From: Neoechinorhynchus agilis
Lineage: Eukaryota; Animalia; Acanthocephala
Length of the DNA: 64,000 nt
Direction: 5' to 3'
NCBI GenBank assembly: GCA_051530055.1
Contig: CM121342.1
Location: forward strand, 1,646,797 to 1,710,796
Below are positions 47,150-58,600 of the stretch, piece by piece. Below the pieces are notes generated by a model. The model ran no database searches, was not told the origin of the DNA, and saw nothing but the letters and a program-made list of their open reading frames with translations. The stretch's first letter is position 1, and each line of letters opens with the position of its first letter. Made by a program: the position numbers and the translations under genes.

Positions 47150-49370
47150 AAATGAAAAAAAAGTTTTCGCAACCTAGCGTTGCGGCGGAGGGTGGCACAC
47201 GGCCACCCACTTTCTTAACGATCTCTGGATCGTCTCCACAAAATCCAATCAACAATATAGAACACAACCAGAATGACTTTCCGTATTTGGACCTAGCAAC
47301 CAAAAGATGGCATCATATTGTATCCATCAAATTCAACTATACCAAGAGATGTTTTACATCACCGATTCAAATCCTTATCATATTTCACAGGAACTCTAAA
47401 TTTTTTCTTCCTCGATAGCTCTTTCGGAATACGTTTTGTGGATTTCATAACATCCAATTCCCGATTTGATGGATTTGAGATAGTTGGCAATAATCAGTAA
47501 TCGACATTTATAGTCTCCGGTGTATCACCGAATATTGACGTGGAGGATAAAAAGCTTTCCGAGAGCAAATTCAGCTGCAAAATTCCATTCTTCTTGAAAT
47601 CAAAGTCAAGTAGCAATCCCATCCCACTTGCTGTAGTCAAATGGACCATCTCTCAGAGAGAGGTCCTGGCAAGTCGTAGTTGCTGTTTCCCATTTATGGT
47701 GGTCAAATTCTACGCCAACGTGATATCGAGGCAAGATGATTATCATTATCCCAGATGCTCTGGTTGCCAAAAATGGGTCATTGGACCCAAAACTGCCCCA
47801 CGAAGAAGATAGTATGTCCTTTTTGTTCGCTTAATCACTGTAGTAACAACTGTCCACGCGCGTCCAAATTATGTTCAAATTGTGGACAAGCAGGACATTA
47901 CGCATTTGCAGTCTTGCCCGGAGTTTAAAAATATGTTATATTGTCGCAACTGAAACAACTCGATGCAGCGATCTCCGGCACCGAATGGCAATCTAGACGT
48001 TCATCTGTGCCTTCATCATCTTCAAGGGACATCGTTAGGAATGCAGAACGCAAGGATACGTCCGTGGCGAGAGTCAATATGTTCACCGATAATACTAGCG
48101 ACTCTCTCGATGCCAAGATGGCAGCTTTTGCAGATAAAATGATGCACATTGTAGAACTCCGTATTAATTCGGCCATTTAACACTTCGAATCCAGAATTTC
48201 GAAACAATTTGAATCCCTGATGGCGGCGATTAACTATAGTCTTAATGTCATATATCATTGTCCTCGGGGTGGATTTGATTGTACGATGGCGAATCCTGTC
48301 CCCGGTGTTGTCGTTACTCCTTTATTTGAGAAATATTTCGCAAGGTTTTCCTTGCCTCTACAGTCTCTATCTCAAATGGAGATGACATAGGCAGCATGCA
48401 CAGCCGGTCATTTCTGGATGCAGCTCAGAGCCGTAAGTTTGCTAATACCCGAAGTGTGGGGTCGCACACACCTCTTGCGGTTTGTTGCCGACTAATTTGT
48501 TCGTCATGCTACGCAACTTTGGTAGCACCACAGTGAAGTTTGATTTGTTGCCTTCCATCGCTGGACTTCCCCGGATGTGAATGGCCTCAAGAATCAGTTT
48601 TCTTATCAGATTCGGTTCGCTGGTTAGGAATACCGCCTTTTCAAAATCCACCTTGTGCTGGGGTGCTTGCTGGTGCTTCGAGATTGCTGAGGATTTGTCG
48701 AAAGTCCTGCAAGCCTGTTTATGCTGCGAGATCCGTTTCTTGATCCCTTGCATGGTTTATCCAATGTAGACCTTTGAGCATTCTGAACATGGAATATTGA
48801 AGATCCTTGATTTGGTCTTTTGTTTGTTTTTCCTCTTGAGACTATTGGAGCGAGATAGTTGAGGCGCCTCAGTTACCGGGGACAAGATTTGCCAACGTAC
48901 AATATAGCCTTAATCGGGCAGATTCAGTTACATTGGCAGGTTCGCGCGATGTTGATATGGGTGGAATCGATTATATGAATTCAGAGGATAATGTAGCTTA
49001 TGTTCAGACGGTCTCAGAAATCAAGGGAGATCTTCGGGTGACGCCTAGGAATTAACAGACTTCGTAGGGATATTTTACACAACGACATCGTGTTAATCCA
49101 GGAAACCAAATATATTTTCTCTCCAAGTCATTTGCCTTACAACTGTGCTAATCTTCCCGATGGCTTCGTTATTTTTATCCCTCCACCACTGCTCAATCAT
49201 TCCCAAGGTCTGCTTTCTATCTTTAAAATTAGCCTTTTACTCAAATCTGTCTCAGAATACGTATATACGGACTTATCATACGCAATTTTTTCTATCCTTA
49301 TTGGTTGGGTAATATTTATATTCGATACGTCTGTACATTGATTACTGTCATCCGTATCCCCGATTTATGC
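47150..49370 (+). mobile_element. Decayed second copy of LINE family B (ORF1 knuckles plus start of APE)
   Basis: RCSGCQKW/GHWTQNCP...CPFCSLNHCSNNC...CSNCGQAGH at ~47750-47900; VLIQETK...SQGLLSIF...LSYAIF at 49090-49341, homologous to the APE region of 909-3200. Confidence 0.75.
48440..48860 (-). mobile_element. Penelope-like GIY-YIG fragment inserted in the LINE B copy
   Basis: IFHVQCSECSKVYIG*TMQGIKKRISQHK...SSAISKH...KLILEAIHI. Confidence 0.82.
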
Positions 49371-49439
49371 ACATGATTCCTGCTAGAAAAAATTGTTGTT
49401 GTTGTTGAGAAATCAGCGGAAAACCCGCCAACAAATCAA

Positions 49440-52215
49440 TGTCCGGTTGAGAAGTTAGTCGACAATCCATAAACTGATCAACATGCGGTTGAGCAAAGCG
49501 ATTCTCTTAGACGTAACCAAATACGCAACGAACTTAGAGAGGCCAAAATCGCTGAAACAATAAAGTAAATTCAACAAGCGTTACAGCGAAAATTGTTTCT
49601 ACCGCGGCAATCACTAAAACAACGACAATCGAAAAGATAAAAGCAAAGCGATTCGTTTAGACGTAATCGAATACGCATCGAACTTAGAAAGGCCAAAATC
49701 GTTGGAACAATAAAGTAAATTCTACAAGCGTTGCCTTCAAAATTGTTTCAACCGCGTAAACGGCTAAAACAACGACAATCGAATAGATAACATGCGGTTG
49801 AGAATTTAGTCGACCATCCATAAACTGATCAACATGCGGTTGGGAGATTAGTCGACCATCCATAAACTGATCAACATTTATTGAGCAAAGCGAGTCTCTT
49901 AGACGTAATCAAATACGCATCGAGCTTAGTGAGGCTAAAATCAATGGAACAATAGAGCAAATTCTACAAGCGTTACCTTCAAAATTGTTTCTACTGCGTA
50001 AACCGCAAAAACAACGACAATCGAAAAGATAACATGCGGTTGAGAGATTAGTCGACAATCTTTAAACTGATCAACATGCGGTTGAGCAAACCGATTCTCC
50101 AAGACGTAATCAATTACGCATCGAACTTAGAGAGGCTAAAATCTTTGAAACAATAAAGCAAATTCTAAAAGCGTAACCTTCCAAATTGTTTCTACCGCGT
50201 AAACCGCTAAAACAATCACAATCGATAAGATAACATGCGGTTGGGAGATTAGCCGAGGAACATTAAACTGATCAACATGCGGTAGAGCAAAGCGATTCTC
50301 TTAGACGTAATCAATTACGCATCTAACATAGAGACGCTAAAATCGTGGAAACAATAAAGCAAATTCTAAAAGCGTAACCTTCCAAATTGTTTCTACCGCG
50401 TAAACCGCTAAAACAATCACAATCGAAAAGATATCATGCGGTCGAGAGATTAGTCGACGAACATTAAACTGATCAACATGCGGTAGAGCAAAGCGATTCT
50501 CTTAGACGTAATCAATTACGCATCTAACATAGAGACGCTAAAATCGTGGAAACAATAAAGCAAATTCTACAAGCGTTAACTTCAAAATTGCTTCTACCGC
50601 GTAAACCGCTAAAACAATCACAATCGAAAATAAAACATGCGGTAGCGAGATTAGTCGACGATCCATAAAGTGATCAACAAGCGGTTGAGCGAAGCGGTAC
50701 CCTTAGACGTAATCAAATACGCATCGAACTTAGAGAGGCCAAAATAGTTGGAACAATAAAGTGAATTCCACAAGCATTAACCTCAAAATTGTTTCTACCG
50801 CTTCAGCGGCTAAGACAACGACAATCGAAAAGATAACATGCGGTTGAGAATTTAGTCGACGATCCATAAACTGATCAATTAGCGGTTAAGCAAAGCGATT
50901 CTCTTAGACGTAATCAAATACGCATCGAGCTTAGCGAGGCTCACATCGTTGGAACAATAGAGCAAATTCTAAAAGCGTAACCTTCCAAATTGTTTCTACC
51001 GCGTAAACCGCTAAAACAATCACAATCGATAAGATAACATGCGGTTGAGAGATTAGTCGACAATCTTTAAACTGATCAACATGCGGCTGAGCAAAGCAAT
51101 TCTCTTAGACGTAATCAAACAAGCATCGAACTTAGAGAGGCCAAAATCGTTGAAACAATGAAGTAAATTCTACAACCGTTACCTTCAAAATAGTTTCTAC
51201 CGCGTAAACCGCTAAAACAACGACAATCGAAAAGATAACATGCGGTTGAGATTAGTCGACGATCCATAAATGATCAACAGCGGTGAGCAAGCTCCGTTGT
51301 TGGGTGTCGTAAACCGCTAAAACAAACAATCGAAAAAAACATGCGGTGGAGTTAGTCGACGATCATAAATGATCAACAAGCGGTTGAGCGAAGCGGTACC
51401 CTTAGACGTAATCAAATACGCATCGAACTTAGAGAGGCCAAAATAGTTGGAACAATAAAGTGAATTCCACAAGCATTAACCTCAAAATTGTTTCTACCGC
51501 TTCAGCGGCTAAGACAACGACAATCGAAAAGATAACATGCGGTTGAGAATTTAGTCGACGATCCATAAACTGATCAATTAGCGGTTAAGCAAAGCGATTC
51601 TCTTAGACGTAATCAAATACGCATCGAGCTTAGCGAGGCTCACATCGTTGGAACAATAGAGCAAATTCTAAAAGCGTAACCTTCCAAATTGTTTCTACCG
51701 CGTAAACCGCTAAAACAATCACAATCGATAAGATAACATGCGGTTGAGAGATTAGTCGACAATCTTTAAACTGATCAACATGCGGCTGAGCAAAGCAATT
51801 CTCTTAGACGTAATCAAACAAGCATCGAACTTAGAGAGGCCAAAATCGTGGAAACAATGAAGTAAATTCTACAACCGTTACCTTCAAAATAGTTTCTACC
51901 GCGTAAACCGCTAAAACAACGACAATCGAAAAGATAACATGCGGTTGAGAATTTAGTCGACGATCCATAAAGTGATCAACAAGCGGTTGAGCAAAGCGAT
52001 TCTCCAAGACGTTGTCAATTATGCATCGAACTTAGAGAGGCAAAAATGGTTGGAAAAATAAAGTGAATTCTACAAGCGTTAACCTCAAAATTGTTTCTAC
52101 CACGTAAACGGCTAAAACAACGACAAACGAAAAGATAACATGCGGTTGGGAGATTAGTCGACGATCAATAAACTGATCAACATGCGGTCGAGCAAAGCGA
52201 TTCTCTTAGACGTAC
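49440..52215. repeat. Tandem array of ~14 units of 201 bp (42 + 159 bp subunits)
   Basis: aacatgcggttg...tagtcgac at 50031, 50232, 50433 and onward; some units have an extra 42-bp subunit. Confidence 0.95.
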
Positions 52216-52245
52216 TAACACATTTAAAAACTTACAAGCATTGTA

Positions 52246-52290
52246 GATCTGACTGAAGAAGGCCAACGAAAAGGCCGAAAATTTTCAATA
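52246..52290 (+). ncRNA. Hammerhead motif of Penelope-terminal type, weak stem I
   Basis: UGA-CUGAAGA-A-GGCC(aacgaaaa)GGCC-GAA-AAUU-U-UCA; the upstream cattgtagat matches the context of the 18939 ribozyme. Confidence 0.6.
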
Positions 52291-52628
52291 TAAATCAATT
52301 TTCTGAGTGAATATCGCTAAGTGAAATCCTCTTATGAATGCAGACAATTTCGGATGGAAACAACAATCAACAGTTTCCAGGAGCATCCAAGTAACACGAT
52401 TCAATCTTTCACAAACCCGCACCATTTCCAAATAAGTTTAACAACGACGCAAAACGATCGGGCGAATTTGAAGCAACAGAAGCATTCTTCTGTGCCTTAA
52501 TCGTCCTCGTCTTGGTTGTTCTGTGTTCGTTCCACATTGGAAGTGGAGAACGTCTTGAGTGTACGTGTGGGACCGTTTATTTGAATCTAATATGGATCGA
52601 ATTGCTTTAGATATTGAAAGTGAACGCA

Positions 52629-55600
52629 ATGAGTAAGCAAAGCAAAATCGACCAATCGCAGAACAAATCATCAACAGGGAAAGGGGGAAAAGCCCTTGAA
52701 ACGAAACCAAAATATGCTGAAAACGTCCCAGGCGATGTTGCTGAGAGTGAAGGGCGGCGTTCTTTGAGCACTTCGTCCACAGATTCTGATATCCGGCCCG
52801 AAACGGTTTATAAAAGCAAAGGTTCAGATAAACAGGAACTAGCTGTTGACACGGTGATCGAGGTATCGTCAAACACTTCCGATAATGAAGATGAAATTCA
52901 AATCACGACAAAAATGTCGCGCACAGGAAATAACTATGATGATAAAGACAAATCCAAGTGCCATACAATGAACTCAGGTAATGCCTTAATTTCGAAACAT
53001 GAAAATTCGCTGAAAAATGCTTCAAACGCAGACTGCGTTGATTCTAAAATTAACGACTCCAATCAAGATGAAACTAAACGTTTAACAATAATAACGGACG
53101 ATTCTGGACGGCCGTCAAAGCGTGAAAAAGCAATGAGAAGAAAGGTGTCCGCAATATTCACTAAAAAATCACGGCAAGGATCTACGTCCAGTTCGGATGA
53201 AGATGAATTCCAAACAAATACGGTTGAAACTCGACGAAAACGTAGAGCTAACATGAATCCCACAATTCACGGAGAAGAGAAAAACCAGCACGCAATGAAG
53301 GAAACAATGCCTACAATCCGTTCAGATAAATTTGAGGGCGCGTTTACTCTTCTGGGAAAGGATCGAGAATCGTTAACCAAAGAGGCAGTTAGAAACGAAA
53401 GCTCATCTTCCAGTTCAGACAGTGATGCTCCTGCGAAGGCGAAAGCTACTCCTTTGAAAATTTCTTCGCCTACTCCGAAAGCTGTCCGAAAAGAAAGCTC
53501 ATCTTCCAGTTCAGGCAGCAATGCTCCTGCGAAGGCGAAAACTACTGTGAAAATTTCAGCACCTGCTCAGAAGGCTATCCAAAAAGATAGCTCATCTTCC
53601 AGTTCAGACGGCGATGCTCCTGCAAAGGCGAAAACTACTGTGAAAATTTCTGCGCCTACTCAGAAGGCTATCCGAAAAGAAAGCTCATCTTCCAGTTCTG
53701 ACAGCGATGCTACTGTGAAGGCGAAAGCTGCTCCTGTTGAAATTTCACCACCTACCCAGAAGGCTGTCCGAAGAGCAAGTTCATCTTCCAGTTCAGACAG
53801 CGATGCTCCTTTGAAGGCCAAAGCTACTCTTGTTGAAATTTCATCACCTACTGCGAAAGCTGTCCGAAAAGAGAGCTCATCTTCCAGTTCTGACAGCGAT
53901 GTTCCTGCAAAGAAGAAAACTACGGTGAAAATTTCTGCGCCTACTCCGAAAGCTGTCCGAAAAGAAAGCTCATCTTCTAGTTCAGACAGCGATGCTCCTG
54001 TTAAGGCGAAAGCTACTCCTGTTAAAATTTCACCACCTACTCCGAAAGCTGTCCGAAAAGAGAGCTCATCTTCCAGTTCAGACAGCGATGCTCCTGCAAA
54101 GGCGAAAGCTCCTTCTGTGAAAATTTCACCACCTACTCAGAAGGCTATCCGAAAAGGGGGATCATCTTCCAGTTCTGACAGCGATGCTCCTGTAAAGGCG
54201 AAAGCTACTTCTGTGAAAATTTCTCCGCCTACTCCGAAAGCTGTCCGAAAAGAAAGCTCATCTTCCAGTTCAGAGAGTGATGCTCCTGTAAAGGCGAAAA
54301 CTACTGTGAAAATTTCTGCGCCTACTCAGAAGGCTATCCGAAAAGAAAGCTCATCTTCCAGTTCAGACAGCGATGCACCTACGAAGGTCAAAGCTACTGT
54401 GAAAATTTCTGCGGCTACTCAGAAGGCAATCCGAAAAGAAAGCTCATCTTCCAGTTCAGACAGCGATGCTCCTGCAAAGGCGAAAGCTCCTTCTGTGAAA
54501 ATTTCACCACCTACTCAGAAGGCTATCCGAAAAGAAAGTTTATCTCCAAGTTCCGCCAGCGATGCTGCTGCGAAGGCCAAAGCTACTCCTGTGAAGATTT
54601 CAGCACCTACTCAGAAGACTATCGAAAAGGGAGCTCATCTTCCAGTTCTGACAGCGATGCCCCTGCAAAGACGAAAACTACGGTGAAAATTTCTGTGCTA
54701 CTCGAAAGCTGTCCGAAAAGAAAGCCATCTTCAGTTCAGAGCATGCTCCTGTTAAGGCGAAACTACTGTTAAATTTCTGCGCCTACTCAGAAGGCTATCC
54801 GAAAAGAAAGCTCATCTTCCAGTTCAGACAGCGATGCTCCTGTAAAGGCGAAAACTACTGTGAAAATTTCTGCACCTACTCAGAAGGCTATCCGAAAAGA
54901 AAGCTCATCTTCCAGTTCCGACAGCGATGCACCTACGAAGGTCAAAGCTACTCCTGTGAAAATTTCTGCGGCTACTCAGAAGGCAATCCGAAAAGAAAGC
55001 TCATCTTCCAGTTCAGACAGCGATGCTCCTGCAAAGGCGAAAGCTCCTTCTGTGAAAATTTCACCACCTACTCAGAAGGCTATCCGAAAAGAAAGTTTAT
55101 CTCCAAGTTCCGCCAGCGATGCTGCTGCGAAGGCCAAAGCTACTCCTGTGAAGATTTCAGCACCTACTCAGAAGACTATCCGAAAAGGGAGCTCATCTTC
55201 CAGTTCTGACAGCGATGCCCCTGCAAAGACGAAAACTACGGTGAAAATTTCTGTGCTTACTCCGAAAGCTGTCCGAAAAGAAAGCTCATCTTCCAGTTCA
55301 GGCAGCGATGCTCCTGTTAAGGCGAAAACTACTGTTAAAATTTCTGCGCCTACTCAGAAGGCTATCCGAAAAGAAAGCTCATCTTCCAGTTCAGACAGCG
55401 ATGCTCCTGTGAAGGCGAAAGCTCCTTCTGTGAAAATTTCACCACCTACTCAGAAGGCTATCCGAAAAGAAAGCTCATCTTCCGGTTCCGACAGCGAAGC
55501 TCCTGCGAAGGCCAAAGCTACTCCTGTGAAAATTTCTGCGGCTACTCAGAAGGCTATCCGAAAAGAAAGCTCATCCTCCAGTACAGACAGCGATGCTCCT

Positions 55601-58600
55601 GCAAGGGCGAAGGCTCCTTCTGTGAAAATTTCACCACCTACCCAGAAGGCTATCCGAAAAGAAAGCTCATCTTCCGGTTCCGACAGCGATGCTCCTGCGA
55701 AGGCCAAAGCTACTCCTGTGAAAATTTCTGCGGCTACTCAGAAGGCTATCCGAAAAGAAAGCTCATCCTCCAGTACAGACAGCGATGCTCCTGCAAGGGC
55801 GAAGGCTCCTTCTGTGAAAATTTCACCACCTACCCAGAAGGCTATCCGAAAAGAAAGTTCATCTTCAAGTTCCGACAGCGATGCTCCTGTAAAGACGAGG
55901 ACTACTGTGAAAATTTCTGCGCCTACTCCGAAAGCTGTCCGAAAAGAAAGCTCATCTTCCAGTTCAGACGGCGATGCTCCTGCAAAGGCGAAAGCTCCTT
56001 CTGTGAAAATTTCACCACCTACTCAGAAGGCTATCCGAAAAGAAAGCTCATCTTCCGGTTCCGACAGCGATGCTCCTGCGAAGGCCAAAGCTACTCCTGT
56101 GAAAATTTCTGCGGCTACTCAGAAGGCCACCCGAAAAGAAAGCTCATCTTCCAGTACAGACAGCGATGCTCCTGCAAAGGCGAAAACTACTGTGAAAATT
56201 TCTTCGCCTATTCCGAAGGCTATCCGAAAAGAAAGTTCATCTTCAAGTTCCGACAGCGATGCTCCAGTAAAGGCGAAAGTTTCTTCTGTGAAAATTTCAA
56301 CACCTCATCAGAAGGCTATCCGAAAAAAAAGCTCATCTTCTAGCTTAGTCAGCGACGCTCCTGTAAGGGCGAAAGCTACTCCTTTGAAAATTTCTGCGCC
56401 TGCTCAGAAGGCTATCCAAAAAGAAAGCTCATCTTCCAGTTCTGGCAGCGAAGCTCCTGTAAAGGCGAAGGCTGCTCCTGTTGAAATTTCACCACCTACT
56501 CAGAAGGCTATCCGAAAAGAAAGCTCATCTTCCAGTTCAGACAGCGATGCTCCTGTGAAGGCGAAAGCTCCTTCTGTGAAAATTTCACCACCTACTCCGA
56601 AAGCTGTTCGAAAAGAGAGCTCATCTTCCAGTTCTGACAGCGATGCTCCTGCAAAGACGAGAACTACTGTGAAAATTTCTGCGCCTACTCCGAAAGCTGT
56701 CCGAAAAGAAAGCTCATCTTCCAGTTCAGACAGCGATGCTCCTGCGAAGGCGAAAGCTCCTTCTGTGAAAATTTCACCACCTACTCAGAAGGCTATCCGA
56801 AAAGAAAGTTCATCTTCAAGTTCCGACAGCGATGCTCCTGCGAAGGCCAAAGCTACTCCTTTGAAAATTTCAGCACCTACTCAGAAGGCGATCCGAAAAG
56901 AAAGCTCATCTTCCAGTTCTGACAGCGATGCTACTGTGAAGGCGAAAGCTGCTCCTGTTGAAATTTCACCACCTACTCCGAAAGCTGTCCGAAAAGAGAG
57001 CTCATCTTCCAGTTCTGACAGCGATGCTCCTGCAAAGACGAGAACTACTGTGAAAATTTCTGCGCCTACCCCGAAAGCTGTCCGAAAAGAAAGCTCATCT
57101 TCCAGTTCAGACAGCGATGCTCCTGCGAAGGCGAAAGCTCCTTCTGTGAAAATTTCACCACCTACTCAGAAGGCTATCCGAAAAGAAAGTTCATCTTCAA
57201 GTTCCGACAGCGATGCTCCTGCGAAGGCCAAAGCTACTCCTTTGAAAATTTCAGCACCTACTCAGAAGGCGATCCGAAAAGAAAGGTCATCTTCCAGTTC
57301 TGACAGCGATGCTACTGTGAAGGCGAAAGCTGCTCCTGTTGAAATTTCACCACCTACTCCGAAAGCTGTCCGAAAAAAGAGCTCATCTTCCAGTTCTGAC
57401 AGCGATGCTCCTGCAAAGACGAGAACTACTGTGAAAATTTCTGCGCCTACTCCGAAAGCTGTCCGAAAAGAAAGCTCATCTTCCAGTTCAGACAGCGATG
57501 CTCCTGCGAAGGCGAAAGCTCCTTCTGTGAAAATTTCACCACCTACTCAGAAGGCTATCCGAAAAGAAAGCTCATCTTCCGGTCCCGACAGCGATGCTCC
57601 TGCGAAGGCCAAAGCTACTCCGGTGAAAATTTCTGCGCCTACTCAGAAGGCTATCCGAAAAGAAAGCTCATCTTCCAGTTCGGACAGCGATGCTCCTGTG
57701 AAGGCGAAAGCTCCTTCTGTGAAAATTTCACCACCTACTCAGAAGGCTATCCGAAAAGAAAGCTCATCTTCCGGTTCCGACAGCGATGCTCCTGCGAAGG
57801 CCAAAGCTACTCCTGTTAAAATTTCAGCACCTACTCAGAAGGCGATCCGAAAAGAAAGCTCATCTTCCAGTTCGGACAGCGATGCTCCTGTGAAGGCGAA
57901 AGCTGCTCCTGTTGAAATTTCACCACCTACTCCGAAAGCTGTCCGAAAAGAGAGCTCATCTTCCAGTTCTGACAGCGATGCTCCTGCAAAGACGAGAACT
58001 ACTGTGAAAATTTCTGCGCCTACTCCGAAAGCTGTCCGAAAAGAAAGCTCATCTTCCAGTTCAGACAGCGATGCTCCTGCGAAGGCGAAAGCTCCTTCTG
58101 TGAAAATTTCACCACCTACTCAGAAGGCTATCCGAAAAGAAAGCTCATCTTCCGGTTCCGACAGCGATGCTCCTGCGAAGGCCAAAGCTACTCCTGTGAA
58201 AATTTCAGCACCTACTCCGAAAGCTGTCCGAAAAGAAAGCTCATCTTCCAGTTCTGACAGCGATGCTCCTGCAAAGACGAGAACTACTGTGAAAATTTCT
58301 GCGCCTACTCCGAAAGCTGTCCGAAAAGAAAGCTCATCTTCCAGTTCAGACAGCGATGCTCCTGCGAAGGCCAAAGCTACTCCTGTGAAAATTTCTGCGC
58401 CTACTCAGAAGGCGATCCGAAAAGAAAGCTCATCTTCCAGTTCTGACAGCGATGCTCCTGTGAAGGCGAAAGCTGCTCCTGTTGAAATTTCACCACCTAC
58501 TCCGAAAGCTGTCCGAAAAGAGAGCTCATCTTCCAGTTCTGACAGCGATGCTCCTGCAAAGACGAGAACTACTGTGAAAATTTCTGCGCCTACTCCGAAA

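Noticed and set aside
49440-52215. Alternative genetic code (TAA read as Gln/Glu), suggested by in-frame TAAs in the 201-bp repeat; TGA readthrough, suggested by the LINE tail
   Set aside because: Conserved genes end at their expected C-termini with TAA (NSA2, STX18), TAG (hexokinase) and TGA (NOLC1, COG2), so all three are stops
49440-52215. Retrozyme-like array with a hammerhead in each unit (CTGATCA plus CGAAA)
   Set aside because: The core reads CUGAUCA (G8 lost) and no stems I-III form in the required order
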